Shown here: positions 59,798 to 64,000 of the stretch, piece by piece
Layout of the letters: every line of letters starts with the position of its first letter
How positions within the stretch are numbered: the stretch's first letter is position 1
Assembly: GCA_965246885.1 (NCBI GenBank)
Contig: OZ251992.1
Span: 160,001-224,000 of the forward strand
Direction of reading: 5' to 3'
DNA: 64,000 nucleotides
DNA from: Abditibacterium sp.
Lineage (GTDB): Bacteria > Armatimonadota > Abditibacteriia > Abditibacteriales > Abditibacteriaceae
Translations under genes and position numbers: made by a program
Notes under the pieces: model-generated
Databases searched by the model: none
What the model saw: the letters and a program-made list of their open reading frames with translations, nothing else
What the model was told of the DNA's origin: nothing

Positions 59798-59902
59798 CCC
59801 ATGCGCGCCCATGACTCACCCATGCACGGGAACCGCCCGCCCATGCACGGGAACCGCCCGCCGGGTCGCGCCAATGACTCGCCCATGCGCGGAGCCGTCC
59901 GC
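59798..59902. repeat. Five 21-bp tandem units (two identical) in an intergenic gap
   Basis: CCCATGCGCGCCCATGACTCA / CCCATGCACGGGAACCGCCCG x2 / CCGGGTCGCGCCAATGACTCG / CCCATGCGCGGAGCCGTCCGC. Confidence 0.85.
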
Positions 59903-59913
59903 CCGGTTAAATT

Positions 59914-61767
59914 TCACCGTCCCGGCGCGGGAACTAACTTGACGCGGCGGTTCGGCTCGCGCCCGACGCTGAAACTCCGCAGGTGATAGCGCTCGGCGAT
60001 TTGGTGTTGCAACCTCCGCAAGCTCTTGATTTGTGGACGCAGTTCGACGGGTTGGGCTTCGCCCAACACGCGGCCCGCGCCGTCTTTGGCTTCTTGCACG
60101 GCGAGGTCGCGGGGCGAGGCTTTGCCGTCCATGCCGGGTTGGGAATACAGGTCGTTCAGTCGCGCCGTTATCTGGGCGTAGGTGTTGCCGCCGACGCCAA
60201 TGATGGGCAAGTGATGCTCGCGCGCTTCGCGCAGCAGGGACGTGGTTTCCGGGAAGCCCTCGGCGCCGGACAGCATGAGGATGGCGTCGGCTTCTTGCCA
60301 AGTGCGCGCGGGCGTGAGTTGCAAGCCCAAATGCTTCGCGGCGCGCGCCAAACGCGACTTGGAAATGCCGAACGGGAATATCTTGCGGATGCGCGTCACG
60401 TCCACCGGCCCGGTTTGGAACGACGGGATGACGGGTTCTAATTCCTCGCCTAATTCGTCCTCATAGCCGCCGCCCGCGTCGTCGTTGAAAGAGTTGGCGC
60501 GCGCCTCGTCGTCCTCGACTTCGGCGCCTTGCGCGACCCCGCGCGGGAGCGGCGCGGACATAGCGAAGTAGACGGATGAACTGCCGCCGCTCCGGTTCGG
60601 CCCGCTTTGGCCCATCGCGCGCCCATTGCCGTTGGCGCCACTTGCGCCGCCTCGGTCGCGGCCATAGCGGTTGCCGCCGCGCCCGTTGCCACCGCGATTA
60701 TTGCCGCGCGGGTTGGTGGGTTCGGGTTCCGGTTCGGGCGCGACGGGGGCGGGCGCCATGATTTGGATTTCGCCGTCTTCGCCGCGCCAGCGAATTTCGG
60801 GTGGGGCTTCGCGTCCGCGCAGAATGGCGTCCACCACGTCCGACACGGGGCGGCGCACGGCGATGCGGTCGCGCTCGATCATCTCGATGACGACATCGAA
60901 GGTCGGCGGGTTTTTGCGCTCCAAGACCGTCTTTTGCGTCCTACGGCGGCGCGCTTCTTCGTCGCCGAGCGTGACCGATTGGATGCCGCCTACGAGGTCG
61001 CTCATCGAAGGGTTGGCGATGAGGTTGTCGAGAGTGTTGCCATGCACGGTAGCGATGAGTTGCACGCCGCGCTCAGCGATTGTGCGCGCTGCCATAGATT
61101 CTTCGGTGCGTCCGATTTCGTCTATCACAATCACTTCGGGCATATGGTTTTCGACGGCCTCGATCATCACGTCGTGTTGCTGCGCGACGTGGCGAACCTG
61201 CATCCGGCGCGCGCGACCAATGGCGGGATGCGGCACGTCGCCGTCGCCCGCGATTTCGTTGGAGGTGTCCACGACAATGACGCGCTTATTCGATTCGTCC
61301 GCAAGAACGCGCGCCATTTCGCGCAGCAAAGTCGTTTTGCCCAAGCCGGGGCGCCCCATCAGCAAGACGGATTCGCCCGATTCAATCAGGTCGCGCAGGA
61401 TGTCCACGATGCCCGTGACCGCGCGCCCGACGCGAAGCGTGAGGCCCACGATGGCGCCGCGCCGGTTGCGAATGGCGGAAATGCGATGCAAGGTGGCGGG
61501 CAGCCCGGCGCGGTTGTCGTCGCCGAAACTGCCCAGTTGCGCCTCGATTTTGTCGAGTTCCTCGCGCATAACGACAGACTCGCGCAGATACTGCGCTTGG
61601 TCGGAAAAGCGCGCTTCGGGCTTACGGCCCAAGTCGAGGACAATCTCCAGCAAAAGCGGGCGGCGCTGCGTGGGGATGGCCGCGCGCAGTTCGGCGGGCA
61701 AGATGTCAAGCAGTTCGTCGAGGTTGTCGGTGATGACGTGCGGCTCAGCCGCGAAAAGGGTGTTCAT
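59914..61767 (-). CDS. Ycf45/SpoIIIAA-like AAA ATPase with C-terminal R3H domain
   Basis: LDLGRKP, TLHRIS, GRPGLGKTT, DTSNEIAGDGD, VIDEIG, RRLQH..SVGREPNRRV. Confidence 0.9.
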   Translation of the reverse strand: MNTLFAAEPHVITDNLDELLDILPAELRAAIPTQRRPLLLEIVLDLGRKPEARFSDQAQYLRESVVMREELDKIEAQLGSFGDDNRAGLPATLHRISAIRNRRGAIVGLTLRVGRAVTGIVDILRDLIESGESVLLMGRPGLGKTTLLREMARVLADESNKRVIVVDTSNEIAGDGDVPHPAIGRARRMQVRHVAQQHDVMIEAVENHMPEVIVIDEIGRTEESMAARTIAERGVQLIATVHGNTLDNLIANPSMSDLVGGIQSVTLGDEEARRRRTQKTVLERKNPPTFDVVIEMIERDRIAVRRPVSDVVDAILRGREAPPEIRWRGEDGEIQIMAPAPVAPEPEPEPTNPRGNNRGGNGRGGNRYGRDRGGASGANGNGRAMGQSGPNRSGGSSSVYFAMSAPLPRGVAQGAEVEDDEARANSFNDDAGGGYEDELGEELEPVIPSFQTGPVDVTRIRKIFPFGISKSRLARAAKHLGLQLTPARTWQEADAILMLSGAEGFPETTSLLREAREHHLPIIGVGGNTYAQITARLNDLYSQPGMDGKASPRDLAVQEAKDGAGRVLGEAQPVELRPQIKSLRRLQHQIAERYHLRSFSVGREPNRRVKLVPAPGR

Positions 61768-61861
61768 TTGGGGAACGAAACCGGCGCCCCTTCGGGACGC
61801 CCCAGTGTCCCCGATGCTCCCTGTTGGTGGGGCGGTGCCTACCCCTCAAACTGATGGCGTG

Positions 61862-62305
61862 ATGAAACGCCCTTTTCCCCTGCTCTTAGCTGCGTTCGCG
61901 GGTATGGTGGGTTTGCCGGTCGTGATGGTGGCGTGCGGGGCGCTTGCATCCCATCTTTCCCCTGCCTTCGTAGGAGCATACCCTCTCGGCTTCGCAGTAT
62001 TTGCAGTCAGCACTGCTGGGCATATAGCTCTCCTATCGGGATTTGTATTCGCAATATGTAGCACGATTCTCTGGCGGGGCGAGCGCACATTTTGGCCCCG
62101 TTTGGGGGCCATAGCGTCCTCGGTGATTCTCGGCTCCTTGCCGGTGTATATGATGGCGCACGAGTATCGAATAATGGGTACCTCAATGCGCGCCATGTAT
62201 TTGCAGGAGGTCGCCTTTGTTTTCCCTTGGCCTTTGTGGGCGCTCGCGCTGTTCTTCTTCGCCGTCCTCGCCCGCCCGCGCAAAGCGGCAAGCACTCTCC
62301 CATAG
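61862..62305 (+). CDS. Hypothetical integral membrane protein (about 4 TM)
   Basis: Hydrophobic 147-aa reading frame from ATG 61862; AT-richer than its flanks. Confidence 0.65.
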   Translation: MKRPFPLLLAAFAGMVGLPVVMVACGALASHLSPAFVGAYPLGFAVFAVSTAGHIALLSGFVFAICSTILWRGERTFWPRLGAIASSVILGSLPVYMMAHEYRIMGTSMRAMYLQEVAFVFPWPLWALALFFFAVLARPRKAASTLP

Positions 62306-62356
62306 CCAAAAACAATGGCCATTGCGTCGCCTCAGCCGTTTAGAGTTCTCCTGACG

Positions 62357-63070
62357 ATGTATTTGCTTTTGGATTCTTACGGCACGCTGGTCGAGATGGA
62401 CAACTTCGCGGGGCGCTTGCACGCGGGGCTGGGGCGCTTGGGCGTCACGGCGTCGTTGGAGGCGGTCAAAGTCGCGGCGCACCGCGAAATGCGCTTTTAT
62501 ATGGAGCGCGCGCGCTTCGCCGTTGATTGGCCCAGTTACGAGAAAATCCGCTTGGCGTGCGCGGGCGAACTGTTAGCGTCCCTCGCCGAGCAGCGCATCC
62601 CCGCGCCGACGACGCCCGAAGCGGTTGCCGAAGTGCTGGGCGAGTCCATCGTCTTCAAGACGCTCCCCGATACCCGCGAAACTCTTGCTTCTCTCCGCGA
62701 ACGCGGCGTGCGGTTGGGCGTCGTCTCCAACTGGGATTACCGTTTATCGCACGCCCTCGAAGCGGTCGGGTTGCTCCCGTTCTTCGACTTCGTGCTCAGT
62801 TCCGCGCAAGCCAAGGCCGAAAAACCGGCGCCGGAGATATTCCAGCGCGGCCTCGAAATGGCCCGCCGCTTCGCCCCGAACCTGCGCGCCCGCGACTGCT
62901 TCTACGTCGGCGACCACTACGAGAAGGACGTTCTCGGCGCGCGCGCGGCGGGCCTCAAACCGTTATGGCTCGTGGCGAAGGAGCGCGACATCGCGTCCGG
63001 CGACACCCACGACGCGCCGGACGACGTGCCCCGCCTGCGCTCGCTCAAAGACTTGCTCAAACTGTTCTGA
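62357..63070 (+). CDS. HAD family hydrolase
   Basis: LLDSYGTL motif I, VSNWD, EKPAPEIF, VGDHYEKD; alternative ATG at 62315. Confidence 0.88.
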   Translation: MYLLLDSYGTLVEMDNFAGRLHAGLGRLGVTASLEAVKVAAHREMRFYMERARFAVDWPSYEKIRLACAGELLASLAEQRIPAPTTPEAVAEVLGESIVFKTLPDTRETLASLRERGVRLGVVSNWDYRLSHALEAVGLLPFFDFVLSSAQAKAEKPAPEIFQRGLEMARRFAPNLRARDCFYVGDHYEKDVLGARAAGLKPLWLVAKERDIASGDTHDAPDDVPRLRSLKDLLKLF

Positions 63071-63082
63071 ACCATTACCGCC

Positions 63083-64000
63083 ATGACTGCACCGACTACC
63101 GAAGAAGAATTTGACGGCACCGTTGATAAAGACCAGATCATGCGCGCCTTGAACATGATCCAAGACCCCGACTTGGGGCGCTCGATTGTGGAGCTTGGCT
63201 TTATCAAGAACCTGCGCGCGTGTGGCGGCAACGTCGCCTTCGACATCGAACTCACGACGCCCGCCTGCCCCGTCAAGGAGCAGATGCACGAGCAGGCCAT
63301 TGACCTCGTGCGGCAAATCGAGGGCGTGCGAAACGTCGCGGTCAACATGACGGCGAAGACGCGGCAAATCGTGGACATTCGCGGCGGCATTCCGGGCGTG
63401 CAGAACGTCATCGCGGTCGCGGCGGGCAAAGGCGGCGTCGGCAAGTCCACCACCGCCGTGAACCTCGCGCTCGCTTTGGTGGACATGGGCGCCAAAGTCG
63501 GCCTGCTCGACGCCGATATTCACGGGCCGTCCATCCCCATTCTGCTCGGCGTGCCCGAAGGCGAAATGCCCGACGGCGAGGAAGAGGACGGCAAGCAGCG
63601 CATCTTCCCGCTCGACCGCTTCGGCTTGAAACTGATGTCCGTCGGCTTCCTGACCGAGCGCAACAGCCCCATCATTTGGCGCGGCCCGATGGTGGGCAAA
63701 ATGCTTTCGACCTTTTTGCAAAGCGTGGTGTGGGGCGACCTCGACTACCTCATCATAGACCTGCCCCCCGGCACGGGCGACGTGCAACTCACGCTCATCC
63801 AAACCGCGCCCTTGTCGGGCGCCGTCATCGTCACCACGCCCGAAGCCGTCGCCGGAGAAGACGTAATCCGCGCCGGAAAGATGTTCGAGAAGATCGGCCA
63901 AACCCTCAACATCGAAGTCCCCATTCTGGGCGTCGTCGAGAACATGAGTTGGTTCGAGACAGAGGGCGGAGAGCGCCACTACCTCTTCGGCGAAGGCGGC
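63083..64000 (+). CDS. mrp: Mrp/NBP35 (ApbC) Fe-S cluster carrier ATPase, 3' end outside window
   Basis: Read directly from sequence (absent from the ORF track): DPDLGRSIVELG, LTTPACP, GKGGVGKST, DADIHGPS, WRGPM, DLPPGTGD, VENMS. Confidence 0.93.
   Translation, partial: MTAPTTEEEFDGTVDKDQIMRALNMIQDPDLGRSIVELGFIKNLRACGGNVAFDIELTTPACPVKEQMHEQAIDLVRQIEGVRNVAVNMTAKTRQIVDIRGGIPGVQNVIAVAAGKGGVGKSTTAVNLALALVDMGAKVGLLDADIHGPSIPILLGVPEGEMPDGEEEDGKQRIFPLDRFGLKLMSVGFLTERNSPIIWRGPMVGKMLSTFLQSVVWGDLDYLIIDLPPGTGDVQLTLIQTAPLSGAVIVTTPEAVAGEDVIRAGKMFEKIGQTLNIEVPILGVVENMSWFETEGGERHYLFGEGG

Noticed and set aside
61768..61815. Riboswitch in the leader of the R3H ATPase gene
   Set aside because: Only a short GC-rich hairpin (GGCGTCCC-GAA-GGGGCGCC), which is expected by chance at this GC content.

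Overview
GC-rich bacterial chromosomal window. It probably comes from Armatimonadota/Abditibacteriota; this is an inference from the DUF1559 prepilin-type H-X9-DG gene and the general gene repertoire. Most of it is housekeeping: 3' part of glnE, a ROK kinase, a 23S-5S rRNA unit with its own tandem promoters and no linked 16S, ctpA, uvrA, queA, amtB, folD, degP, trxA, holB, tmk and mrp. Accessory modules are interleaved: (i) an orphan cellulose-synthase-like GT2; (ii) an operon of MoxR-type AAA+ ATPase, unknown protein, caspase-like lipoprotein, DUF2201 vWA-metallopeptidase and Tat phosphoesterase beside a ParDE-like toxin-antitoxin pair; (iii) a LacI / DUF1559 pilin-like / GH39-like hydrolase unit with twin palindromic operators; (iv) a five-gene catabolic operon for an unknown sugar; (v) a lone tyrosine recombinase. 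The most unusual signal is non-genic. Several dispersed repeat families (degenerate 21-bp tandem arrays, REPIN-like inverted repeats, perfect palindromes) fill intergenic gaps and also lie in frame inside uvrA, queA and a hypothetical gene, and one palindrome supplies the stop codons of two convergent genes. No tRNA, CRISPR array or prophage was seen. All product calls come from motif recognition by eye, not database searches.
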